From Podarcis filfolensis (taxonomy: Eukaryota): a DNA stretch of 64,000 nt. Below the pieces are notes generated by a model, which saw nothing but the letters and a program-made list of their open reading frames with translations, was not told the origin of the DNA and ran no database searches. Shown piece after piece: positions 27,001-35,690 of this stretch. Both the position numbers and the translations under genes were made by a program. The stretch is from the NCBI GenBank assembly GCA_964270895.1, contig OZ185435.1; one strand, written 5' to 3'. How positions within the stretch are numbered: position 1 is the stretch's first letter; every line of letters begins with the position of its first letter.

Positions 27001-27183
27001 CATTGTGCTCTGAGGTCTCTGCTCTGAAAAAGAGATGGCCTTGGACCACCTTGTATTTGAATGGCTGCTTAACTCTTTTCTTCTGTCCTTTCCTCCCACT
27101 TGCAGCTGGATTCCGAGGATGCAGAACCAAACTTTGATGAAGATGGGCAGGATGAGTACAATGAGCTTCACATGCCTGTGTGA
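141..27183 (+). CDS. SLC4A3: Anion exchange protein 3 (AE3), Cl-/HCO3- exchanger; 5'-partial; join(141-463,1339-1505,2366-2571,12134-12285,12977-13157,13865-14000,14536-14716,15505-15604,16718-16902,18658-18874,19140-19364,20808-20956,22221-22415,22598-22804,23525-23614,24806-24972,25450-25703,26095-26264,26553-26726,27106-27183)
   Basis: All 20 exons have AG/GT boundaries with matching phases (3557 nt in total, one open frame to TGA). Recognised AE3 motifs: [106 protein letters not shown]. These match AE3 rather than AE2. Confidence 0.97.
902..1152. mobile_element. Tc1/mariner (Tigger-like) MITE
   Basis: TIRs CAGTGGTACCTTGG...CCAAGGTACCACTG; TA on the left side. Confidence 0.8.
1339..1505 (+). 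CDS. SLC4A3: SLC4A3 exon ([10 protein letters not shown]...PISFK)
   Basis: cattacag| acceptor, |gtaaga donor; resembles AE3 FSIGSDED; phase 0 to 2. Confidence 0.9.
2366..2571 (+). CDS. SLC4A3: SLC4A3 exon (FPGYKD...ASYDLKER...ADLDDMK)
   Basis: ctccacag| acceptor, |gtgagg donor; phase 2 to 1. Confidence 0.92.
3396..3531. mobile_element. hAT-type MITE with perfect 8-bp target-site duplication
   Basis: TIR CAGGCATAGGCAACCTTGGCCCTCCA; CTTTAAGC at 3388-3395 and 3532-3539; diverged relatives near 23060, 31090, 38750, 42020, 46230, 48540 and 54850. Confidence 0.88.
6705..6897 (+). CDS. SLC4A3: Probable alternative first coding exon of SLC4A3 (short, cAE3-like isoform): MAVPDRED...[32 protein letters not shown]
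   Basis: Strong Kozak context gcaATGg; 64 codons +1 nt ending at a consensus C|GTAAGT donor in phase 1, which matches exon 12134; same intron position as the mammalian cardiac AE3 exon. Confidence 0.75.
8905..9228 (+). mobile_element. CR1 LINE 3' end
   Basis: Ends in CCCTTCCAACTCTATGATTCTATGATTCTA, the CR1 octamer tail. Confidence 0.88.
9680..10310 (+). mobile_element. Degenerate CR1 reverse transcriptase fragment
   Basis: gacaccaaattgtccagggtggta...aagtgccaagtgatgcacatt resembles DDTKL..VV...KCKVMH. Confidence 0.75.
10884..11090 (+). mobile_element. Old MIR-like SINE (relatives ~1800-1990, ~42920-43090, ~58620-58800 on -)
   Basis: ggttcaaat B box and ctcacaaggttgtggtgaggataaaatgg core shared among copies. 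Confidence 0.6.
11488..11660 (+). mobile_element. Degenerate tRNA-derived SINE (relative ~43262-43420)
   Basis: gctcagtggtagagc A box and ccaggttca B box, followed by non-tRNA body. Confidence 0.6.
12134..12285 (+). CDS. SLC4A3: SLC4A3 exon ([17 protein letters not shown]...DRKPHE)
   Basis: ttttttctag| acceptor, |gtaatg donor. Confidence 0.95.
12576..12666. mobile_element. PIF/Harbinger-like MITE
   Basis: GGGTTCATCCACA...TGTGGATGAGCCC TIRs flanked by TAA on both sides. Confidence 0.7.
12977..13157 (+). CDS. SLC4A3: SLC4A3 exon (VFVELNEL...RKTIAH)
   Basis: ctgacag| acceptor, |gtgagt donor. Confidence 0.96.
13865..14000 (+). CDS. SLC4A3: SLC4A3 exon ([13 protein letters not shown]...LLLKH)
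   Basis: atcccag| acceptor, |gtaagt donor. Confidence 0.96.
14536..14716 (+). CDS. SLC4A3: SLC4A3 exon ([13 protein letters not shown]...HDPDYRE); not in the ORF track
   Basis: ttcttcag| acceptor, |gtgagt donor; resembles AE3 HPNDDKDSGFFPRN. Confidence 0.94.
14762..14928. mobile_element. Degenerate CCGTATTTTT-type MITE
   Basis: ccgtatttttccgtgtataa...ttatacacagaaaagtatg imperfect TIRs. Confidence 0.6.
15232..15268. repeat. (GCAA)n tetranucleotide repeat
   Basis: Direct reading. Confidence 0.9.
15505..15604 (+). CDS. SLC4A3: SLC4A3 exon (KNMHLHS...[14 protein letters not shown])
   Basis: gagacag| acceptor, |gtaagg donor. Confidence 0.94.
16377..16597. mobile_element. PIF/Harbinger-like MITE, same family as 12576
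   Basis: GGGCTCATCCACA...TGTGGACATGCCC with TAA flanks; shares internal ccatgcctagaaagcac with the 12576 copy. Confidence 0.7.
16718..16902 (+). CDS. SLC4A3: SLC4A3 exon (CVQFLEQP...STLMSDK)
   Basis: cctgatag| acceptor, |gtgagg donor. Confidence 0.96.
17961..18007. repeat. (TA)n microsatellite
   Basis: Direct reading. Confidence 0.98.
18008..18338 (+). mobile_element. Sauria SINE inserted at a (TA)n microsatellite
   Basis: tRNA-like head GGGATGCGGGTGGC...GGTTCGAATCCC, then typical body ...CATGACCCGGAAG...GACTGGAC; near-identical to the 30710 copy. Confidence 0.9.
18658..18874 (+). CDS. SLC4A3: SLC4A3 exon ([14 protein letters not shown]...VQEAK)
   Basis: ctgacag| acceptor; weak donor AAG|GTCTCT inferred from phase and homology. 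Confidence 0.85.
19140..19364 (+). CDS. SLC4A3: SLC4A3 exon (ICEVKAEEE...PAITFGGLL), start of membrane domain
   Basis: tctttccag| acceptor, |gtaatg donor. Confidence 0.95.
20808..20956 (+). CDS. SLC4A3: SLC4A3 exon ([11 protein letters not shown]...EEAFYK)
   Basis: tctacag| acceptor, |gtatct donor. Confidence 0.96.
22221..22415 (+). CDS. SLC4A3: SLC4A3 exon ([15 protein letters not shown]...YKLYK)
   Basis: tttggcag| acceptor, |gtgagc donor. Confidence 0.96.
22598..22804 (+). CDS. SLC4A3: SLC4A3 exon (VFTEHPLL...NDS...RFLGGK), includes the extracellular loop sequon
   Basis: attcccag| acceptor, |gtgagg donor. Confidence 0.96.
23525..23614 (+). CDS. SLC4A3: SLC4A3 exon ([11 protein letters not shown]...DTYTQ)
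   Basis: gtctgtag| acceptor, |gtaggt donor. Confidence 0.95.
24211..24437. mobile_element. Tc1/mariner (Tigger-like) MITE
   Basis: TIRs CAGTGGTACCTCGGGTTA...TAACCCGAGGTACCACTG; TA target-site duplication on both sides. Confidence 0.88.
24806..24972 (+). CDS. SLC4A3: SLC4A3 exon (KLNVPSVL...FMETQIT)
   Basis: accacag| acceptor, |gtaagt donor. Confidence 0.96.
25450..25703 (+). CDS. SLC4A3: SLC4A3 exon ([10 protein letters not shown]...VLIAGLV)
   Basis: ctttgcag| acceptor, |gtgagg donor. Confidence 0.96.
26095..26264 (+). CDS. SLC4A3: SLC4A3 exon ([13 protein letters not shown]...YVVK)
   Basis: ctcttcag| acceptor, |gtaggt donor. Confidence 0.96.
26553..26726 (+). CDS. SLC4A3: SLC4A3 exon ([10 protein letters not shown]...RELKA)
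   Basis: gcctttag| acceptor, |gtaagc donor. Confidence 0.96.
27106..27183 (+). CDS. SLC4A3: SLC4A3 last coding exon ([25 protein letters not shown])
   Basis: cttgcag| acceptor; AE3 C-terminus; TGA stop. Confidence 0.97.
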   Translation: MDSEDAEPNFDEDGQDEYNELHMPV

Positions 27184-29454
27184 GAAGTTGGCATGTGTCT
27201 ACTGGCCCTGGTACTCCCTTGGCTTCATGGGATAAGCCTTCTTTCCTTGTGCTTTCCTTGAACAACCACCAACCTGAAGTGGCTTTGAAACGATTGTGGG
27301 CCTGGACCAACTGGCAGCTGTGTCATAGCCCTTCAAGCAAGCTCCAGGCCACAAAGGAAGCTTGGGCCAAGCAGCGCAAGAGATGCTGCCTTCTGGACAG
27401 AGAGCATGGGGCCAGCACCACCACCCCCCATTTCCCCCAAGCAGAGCTTGCTAGTGTTGGTGCTGTGCCATGCGTAGGCCAGAGTAGGTACCTTAGCCAG
27501 CTCTCATTAGCCTCCTCCCCTAAGAAGAGAAGTAGACTGCACTGTTTTGCTAAGGGGAGAAAAGCAGCAGGCCAGCAAAGGAAAAGAGCAGCTAGGTCCT
27601 GCCAGAAATGCCAAGCCTGATAGCATTCAGGCAGAGCCAACAGATTCCTGGGGTGGGAGATTTCACATGCACCAACTGGTCTCTCCATGCTGAACCATTG
27701 CCATTCAGTCCCATGACTGTGCCCATGAACATTCAACAGCCTGTGGTCCACCTGCCATTCTGAATGATGTTCTTAGCTAAGATTTCCTGCCCACAGAAGA
27801 CTCTGAACCTCTTCTATTTGAGGAATGGCAGTGATGATTGCTGAAGCCAGTAAACTGCTGGGTGAGTTAGCAAGGGCCTTATGCACCCTGATTTGCTCTC
27901 AAGTATAATGCAGGTACTTGTGCAATATCCATGTGCACATGTGTCTCCTTGTGCACGGTGCTGTGCCTGTTCTCACCATCTCTCAGGACAGCCGTAAAGG
28001 TTGCCCAAAGAGTAGACAGTCATTTGTGAAGTAGATCTCCACCCCTCAGACAGGAAAAGGAAGTGCAGGTAAAACTTGCCAACATAACCTGGAGACCAGG
28101 GAATAGCTAACCTAATGATTGAATGAAGACTATGATCATCTCACGGTCAGGAAATCATCACACAGATTTGACACCACTCTTGTGGCTCACTGCCCTCTTC
28201 AGGCCCAGTGGAAAACAGGAACTCCCAACATCAGTGTAGTAGGCAAGCTGCAAAAAGCCACACCAGGTACAAACACTGGCACCTTGGCCTTTGGTATTTG
28301 CCTGATCACATAACAGAACCTCTTACCTATTGTACTAGACTTTGTGCTTCAGACTACAACTCCTCCTTCAGTATTTCCAGCTTCATCTTGTTTCTTGCTG
28401 TAGCCTCTTCCTCACAGCTCCTGCTCTATTCTCCATCCTCCGCACGGCTATTGCATTTCTCACCTTGTTCTTGCCTTGTAGTGGCCCAGCTTGAGCAAGA
28501 TTCACTCCCAGATCCAAGTCTCCAGGAGGCCAGCCCCTAGCCTGGCCTTGGCAACTGGAATGGGGATGGCTCTGAGCAGGGCTGAAGTACTCTGCCACTG
28601 TGGCATTGAGCCATTGCACTGGATGAGCCCTCTGTAGCACTTGGGGCTTCTCTTCATCCCTTGACATTTCCAAGTTGGTGGCCTCCCAGTCCTAGCTCCT
28701 CCTCAGTCCTTCACAACCACTCCCCCAACACCATCATCAGCTGCCTTCTTGTACTCTTAAACCCTGCTATTTTCGTATTTCCCTTCAACTGCCATATAAA
28801 GAAAATTCAGATTTTTGTGATAGGACTAAATTTCACAGAAATATACATTTGTTTCAGTCACCGAATCTGATTTTTAGAAACAGAATACTGTGCTCCCTTG
28901 TACTTCATTGGTGAATGTCATGTATCTAGTCCTGGGCACTGCACAGGTGGTGTGTTCCATGCAGTTGAGCACATGCACAAACACCATCAGTGCAAGGTTT
29001 CGAAGAGCTCCTCTCCCACTGGGCCATCACATGGGGACTCTACACTGTGATGTCCTGTAGCTAAATCTGTTCTTTTAGATTACGTATATGGAATAATGGG
29101 GTGTGCAAATGTGCCAGCTGTGACTCCTGCCGTAGTCAGGCATAAAACCATGTGGCTTAAGAGTTTGGCTCATGGAACTACTCCGGGCCATTGCTTGTTC
29201 CCTGTCTATAAAATGGAGGCTGTCCCTCCCCACCTACCTCAGGGGCTGCCTGCTGATGGCTGGGTAGTTATGAGGCCAAATGTTTTCCTCTACTCATTCC
29301 CAGCTGGCTGCCAGCCTGCCCCACCCATAGACAGTGACCTCCATTGTGCCCTGCATAGCCAGGATTAGGAAACTTGAACTGTTGGGGGCAAAGTCCCTGG
29401 TACTCTGCCTGTGCATTACGACTCCTCTGAATGTAATAGAAATGGATATGCACC

Positions 29455-29460
29455 AATAAA
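29455..29460 (+). terminator. Candidate SLC4A3 polyadenylation signal AATAAA (3' UTR ~2.3 kb)
   Basis: Canonical AATAAA ~2.3 kb after the stop codon, followed by GT/T-rich sequence (cttgggttcttgttctg). Confidence 0.5.
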
Positions 29461-30410
29461 CCCTTCACTGGAGCACTGCGCTTGGGTTCTTGTTCTGCGC
29501 ACCAGAAACAGACAACTCAGGAAGGAATAGCCACTCAAGTAGGATCATAGGAACAAACTGGAGTATGGTAGGCCCTTCCTAGCATGACATGGATACATGT
29601 ATTCTTAACATAAGGCAACATCATTTGTCAATATGCTGGTCTGAGGCTTCAGAAACATGAGAGATTCCAGCAATACGGCCATGTGGAGGCATAGCTTGCT
29701 AACTAGGTCTGTTTCTAGAAAATGCACTTCCCTGTGCACACATCCCTGTTGCTGGAATCTCTCGTGTTTCTGAAGCCACAGTCCAGCATATTAACAAATT
29801 GATGTCTGGCTGACAGTGTCTCTTCAGGGTCTCACTATCAAGGCAAAAAGGTCTCACTATTGAGGCAAAAACTAACATCAAATCATCCCTCCACTTAAAT
29901 TGCACATTTAAAGCTGGATTCCCCCCCTTTACATTGCATAGAGATGCATGTAACAAAGCAAAACAGGCTGTTTGTAAGGAAAGAGAGGGGAAGCACACAT
30001 CTGGAACCCTGCAAGTGTGTTTGTGGAGCAGCATGAAGGCGGGAGGTCCAGCAGAAAAGAAGTGGGCAAGGGAAGGGTAAAGAGCCCCTCCTCTCCACTC
30101 CAAATCATCCTTTCTCAAAGCTGCTTTTCCCTAACAGAAGTAGCCACCCTAGCTTTGTTAAATATGGTTGTAAAGTGCACTTCCACTCTAAACAAGTAGT
30201 TTTTCACAGCCTTCATGAATGCCTGCAGGAATAACATTCTGCAGGCAATTTCCCTCCAAACACCTGGGCTGTGCTAGGAATGGCCCTTCTCTGATACCTT
30301 CTCAGAAGGAATGAATTCTAGTGAAAATCAGGACTTTCTCAGATGACCTTGGTGGCAGAGACTGGTCAAACAGCTCTCAGGCTATTATCAAGGGCAAATT
30401 TAATAACATA

Positions 30411-30592
30411 CAGTTTTACCTCGGCTCCCGAACGCCTTGGGAGTTGAACGTTCCGGCTCCCGAACGATCGAAAACTGGAAGTGAGTGTCCCAGTTTTCGA
30501 ACATTCTTTGGGAAGCTGAACGTCTGGCGGGGCTTCCAATTGGCTGCAGGAGCTTCTGGAACGGATTCTGTTCGACTTCTGAGGTACGACAG
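30411..30592. mobile_element. Tc1/mariner MITE (CAGTCGTACCT-type)
   Basis: TA-flanked; internal sequence shared with 39466-39663. Confidence 0.7.
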
Positions 30593-30709
30593 TATTTGTT
30601 TTGAAGTTATAACACCGCTTTGCATGTATATAGTGCTTTTCAAGTGATCAAAGCCTTTCCCATACATTACATTGTTACACCTTTTAACAGCCTTGTAAGA
30701 TGTCAATAT

Positions 30710-31054
30710 GGGACACGGGTGGCGCGGTGGGTTAAACCACAGAGCCTAGGACTCGCCGATCAGAAGGTCAGCGGTTCGAATCCCCGCAACGGGGTGAGCT
30801 CCCGTTGCTCGGTCCCTGCTCCTGCCAACCTAGCAGTTCGAAAGCACTCAGTGCAATTAGATAAATAGGTACTGCTCCGGCGGGAAGGTAAACGGCGTTT
30901 CCGTGCGCTGCTCTGGTTCGCCAGAAGCAGCTTAGTCATGCTGGCCACATGACCCGGAAGCTGTATGCCGGGCTCCCTTGGCCAATAAAGCGAGATGAGC
31001 GCGCAACCCCAGAGTCATCTGCAACTGGACCTAATGGTCAAGGGTAGTTTACCT
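30710..31054 (+). mobile_element. Full-length Sauria SINE with 13-bp target-site duplication
   Basis: Intact A and B boxes; TAAGATGTCAATA at 30696-30708 and 31055-31067. Confidence 0.93.
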
Positions 31055-31829
31055 TAAGATGTCAATAATACCACCTCCATAGTATAGACTGGAAGCTGTA
31101 GGGAAGCTGTGGCTCTCCAGAGCATTAATGAGGAACCTGTGGCCTTCTACAATTACAACTTCCACTATCCTTAACCACTGGTCACGCTGGCTGGGGTTAA
31201 TGAGAGTTGGAGTCTAACAACATCTGGAGAGCCACTTGTTCCCCATCCCTGGACTTGCCTGAAGCTACATACTGTTACTTGGGTGGGATTTGAACCAGGG
31301 TTTTCTCTGGTCAAATTCTCAGCTACTGCGCACCAGAACTTTCATTTATTGTACAGTAATGGCAAGGTCTATCTAATTGCAACAGAAAGGGCAGTAGCCT
31401 TCTCAGGGTAGTAAAAAGCACTTCTGGCCTCCACCACACTCTTAGAGTTCAAGATGCAGCAGTAGCTGCAGGAGCACCCCAGGTCACAAACTTGAATAGC
31501 CTGCGGTGGCTGAACTCCATCAGCAACGTGTGTCTCTGTTTCCCCCCATCATGCAGTCCACTGACTATCATGACTTCAAGTCATGATTGATTTCATCACC
31601 ACCACAAACTGGTTCTCATTTGGAATTTGGTCAGCTTCCCCATCCAGATTCTGGTTCCTGTTTTGCTTCCCTTTACTTTATCGGAAAACTTCTTGGTGGC
31701 TGATACTCTGTCCCTGGGGAAATACTGACTTGTCACCAAGTTCCAGTTCTGCTTTAAAAACAGCTGCATGCGCCAAGCATATGGAAACCCGAACAAGTGA
31801 ACAAGGAATACTCCATGTCTAGCTACTAA

Positions 31830-31832
<3 letters not shown>

Positions 31833-31866
<34 letters not shown>
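31833..31866. repeat. (GT)n microsatellite
   Basis: Direct reading. Confidence 0.98.
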
Positions 31867-31869
<3 letters not shown>

Positions 31870-32193
31870 AAAGCAGCATCTCAGCAAAAAAAAAGGTTGC
31901 TGACCACAACTGAATGAACCACAGCTCCCCGACTACACTATAGTGGAACAAGGTCCTGTGCTGTGCAAGCAAGAGCTATCCAAACCCCTACAGAAGCTAG
32001 CAATTCTCACTTGCATCCTACCTTGCACAACTGTAGCTATTACTAGAACTGGAATTAAAGCCGCTGCTACTAGATGCTAGACTAGAGGATGGGTTTGGGA
32101 AGGGTGTTCTTTGCAGGCTATGGACATTCCAGGGACAACAACGGATCTACCTGAACAGTTTTCACCAACAAGAGAGACACCATGCCAAATTGT

Positions 32194-32199
32194 TTTATT
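32194..32199 (-). terminator. Candidate polyA signal for the minus-strand gene
   Basis: TTTATT on + (AATAAA on -) ~640 nt past the stop codon; another lies at 31345-31350. Confidence 0.35.
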
Positions 32200-32834
32200 T
32201 AGCAATCCATATATATAACCTACCCCATCCCAAACTAGAACACCAACTGAAGTGTAAAAAAAAATAATGTTAAAAATCCAAACTCTCTACCACATGTTTT
32301 TGGATTCCCAACTCTGACTCCCATACCCAATGGTTAGTAATGATGGGTGTTGGAGTCTTCTGGAGGGCTGCAGATTTCCCACCCTTGCTCTACCAGCTTA
32401 AATCATGCCTCCCCAAGCTACCTCATTCAAAAAGGCTTTACAATGCTTCCAAATAACTGTTCAAGCTTTGGTTTCACTGACTTTACAATAAGGCAGAGTT
32501 CCATAATTGTTGTGCAACCTTTAGGTATGTTAGCCTCAAGTCATTTAGAACTTTACAGGTTAAAACTAACACCCCAAATTGTGCCCAGAGGACCAAAGAA
32601 AGCCGTTGCCAATGCTGGAGCAGTGGTTTAAAATGCTCCCTGTGACAGGAGATGGATCACTGTGTCTCACACTGAATGGAGCTTCTGGATAGTCATGAAT
32701 GGCAGCCCAAAGTAAAATACATTGCAGCGATCAACCTAACGGAAGCTAGGCTTGGGGTGGTATATATTAAGTGATGCACCCAGAAGCAAGTCGACCTTCA
32801 TTTGAGAGGCAGGCAACCAAGCAGAAGGGAGAGT

Positions 32835-34373
32835 CTATGTTTCATTGGCGAGCTGAAGATCCAGGGGAACCTCTTCCCTACCCTGCAATAGCTGTGCAAG
32901 CTCCTGGAAGCGTTCCTGCAGCTGGAAGAAAGATAAAAAGACACACATTTCATCTCTCAAAGGGGACTGGATTTTTCCATCCTTTGTCCCAAGATTGCTA
33001 TTCTCCCTTTTGAATCCCTGCATTCATCGCCTTTTGGTTCCACCCGAGACCTAGTTCCATGCAGCCATAGGCCCACCACCTTCCAGCTGCAAGGGATTTA
33101 GCCCGCTCTGTTTCTGGGCTGGCAGCATACTGCCCACCTTTGGGTCCCACAGTCTGTTAACTTCCTAGCTTCTTACTGTATTTATTGGTCGCATAAGGAC
33201 TGGCCTGACCTCCAACTCTAGCAGCCAGTCACCTTGCAGGATGCTCTTGCGGTATTCTTCCAGCCTCAGCTGCCTCCCCAAGGCATCCAGCTCACAGAGA
33301 ACAGCCTGGCGCTGTGGGCAGGGCACACGCAAATGGTCTTTCTCCAGTTGCTGCTCAAGGGCTTCCAGTTCCCTTTCCTTAGCCACCCGGTGATGCCGCA
33401 GGTTGGAAATGCTCTGATTTACCTCCTGAATCTCTGCTTCCAAGCTCAGAGAACGTTCCTCCCGCCACAGCAGGGACATGAGTTCCCCACGGATCTTGTG
33501 CAGCTCGTTCCTTCCCTGGCTGGCACTTCTCATGCAGGTGCCCCTCTCATTGCTGCACCTGCTGCTGGTGGCTTGCGGCGGCGGCCAAACCTCCAAGCAA
33601 TCATGTTGGGCTTGCGGTAGTCCAGGCTGGCAAAGGGAACTGTTGTATCCATGGTGTTCCAAGCTGCCCGCAGCCAGTCCTTTGCCTCTCTTGGTTGAGC
33701 CTAGATCTGAGGGCACTGGGCGGGTGCCATGGTTGCTGGCATGGCGCTCCACCCACAGCCTGGCAAGCTGGGCAGTAGCCAAGCCCTTGTGAAAGAGGTC
33801 AGGAACCAACCTCAAGACCTTCCCAAAGGGACAGACGCTGCCAAAGCCCTGCACATCAAGCCAGCTTTCGGGGCTGAAAAACTGTGCATCAATTGTGTCC
33901 CCTTTCAGAAGCAAAGCCCATTTCCTCCTGACAGAGAACAACTGCTTGGCTGTGCGTGCAACGGATGCTGGGGCACGAAGGCCTTGTCCTCTCCTGTGTC
34001 CAAAGGTCAATGCATCAAGCGAGTCATCATTAACGTACAGGTTTTCACACAATGGAAACACAACCTTGGTGTCAAATGACCCTTTCAAGGAGCCCAGGTA
34101 CCGCACATAGGTGACAAACCAGGAGATGTAGCTGGCAATGTCACACTTATCACAGCCAGCTGTGATCCTCACTCTATCCTGTCCATCCTGCTCTTTGGAC
34201 TCAACAAGCTTTTCCAGCTGCTCGAGGCTCTGGATATCTGTAGCAGGGGACAGCAGCAGCAACACATTGTAAAGGGTGTCAATGTCAAAAGCTTGCTGGC
34301 AGCTTCTTATGTGTCCCTCAAAGGACTGGATCTGATCTTGCAGAGCAGTATACAAGGCTTCCATCGATGCCAT
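32835..34373 (-). CDS. Uncharacterised ~427-aa protein with C-terminal coiled coil; join(34373-33177, 32921-32835)
   Basis: 402-codon ORF preceded by a tttctcag| acceptor at 34381 and containing an ACA|GTAAGA donor at 33177. The phase-0 acceptor tctttcttccag| at 32921 continues the frame (LQERFQELAQLLQG...*). Heptad-like segment LEAEIQEVNQSISNL...ELEALEQQLEK. Confidence 0.8.
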
Positions 34374-35331
34374 CAGCAGCCTGAGAAAGTAGAATGGGGA
34401 AAGGTTAGGTAAGTTGTGAAAAGCAACTCAGCAGGCAAAGCTTTCCCTGTCACTGCAGTTGTTAAATACACAGGATTGTGAGCAGAACAAGGCAACCCTC
34501 AAAATAAAGAGGTGTGTACACAGTGGAGTCAAACGGCAATGAAATGCAAAAAATAGCAGCCTGTGACAATTCACTATTTACAAAATCTCTTTATACCTTT
34601 GTGTAGACCCACTTAATACCAACTGAGGATAACACCTTAAGCATCTGATACGGTGGGCCCTGGGCCACCAAAATTCAGTACTTCTGTTGCTCTTGTTCTC
34701 CACTGGAAGCTATAACCCTCATGTCAGTGATAATGCAACCAGAGTAAGTATTGAGACACAAAGGTGTCTGTGGCCCAAAGAGGTGCCATTTCCCCACCCC
34801 TCCCCCTCTGTATGAAAAGTACACCTAGTTCCCCCTTATCCCAAACTTCCTCCATGGCCCCCAACACTCTCTGCAGTTGGGAACTTACCACCTCCAGGAA
34901 CAGCAGTCACCTGAAAAGAAGAACCAGGTTATGTCTCACTGCACAGAGGGACAAATAAACACCCTTTGCCATGGACACAGCATGTTGGGACATGCTTTCA
35001 GCACTGAAACAGGGGAACTCAGTCCTTACAACTTTAGCTGTAATCAGTGGGGCAAAGCTTGCAGTTGGCATAAGCCAGCCACGCTAGCAAGGGAGTACTC
35101 GTAAAAAGGGAGATTCCTGTGCCAGAACTAACAGGGTCAAAGGACCAGATGCCAAGGAAGACAATGCTCCTTTAGTATTAAAAGTGAGCTTTTCCTCATC
35201 CCTGTGGAACAAGCCGAACTTGCAAAAATGTACTCCTAAGGCAGCAGTGTCACACAGAAACTTCTTTTCTTTACCTTGTGACCTTGTTGCCAAGGTCTGC
35301 TTTCCCTGGTCAGAATGGATGTAAAAAAAAA

Positions 35332-35690
35332 AAGGCAAAGAAGCCCTGGACAGTTAAGTGCAGTCAAAGGCGACTATGGGGTGTAGCGCTCATCTCGCTT
35401 CAGGCTGAGGGAGCTGGCCTTTGTCCACAGACAGCTTTCCGGGTCATGTGGCCAGCATGACTAAACCGCTTCTGGCACAATGGGACATCGTGACAAGTAC
35501 CAGAGCACATGGAAACGCCATTTACCTTCCCGCTGCAGCGGTACTGATTTAACTACTTGCACTGGTGTGCTTTCAAACTGCTAGGTTGGCAGGAGCTGGG
35601 ACAGAGCAACAGGAGCTCACCCCGTTGAACTGCCGACCTTCCGACTGGCAAGCCCAAGAGGCTCAGAGGTTTAGATCACAGCGCCACCCA
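35332..35690 (-). mobile_element. Sauria SINE, more diverged
   Basis: Reverse complement of the same body (gggtcatgtggccagcatgact...cagcgccaccc). Confidence 0.85.
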
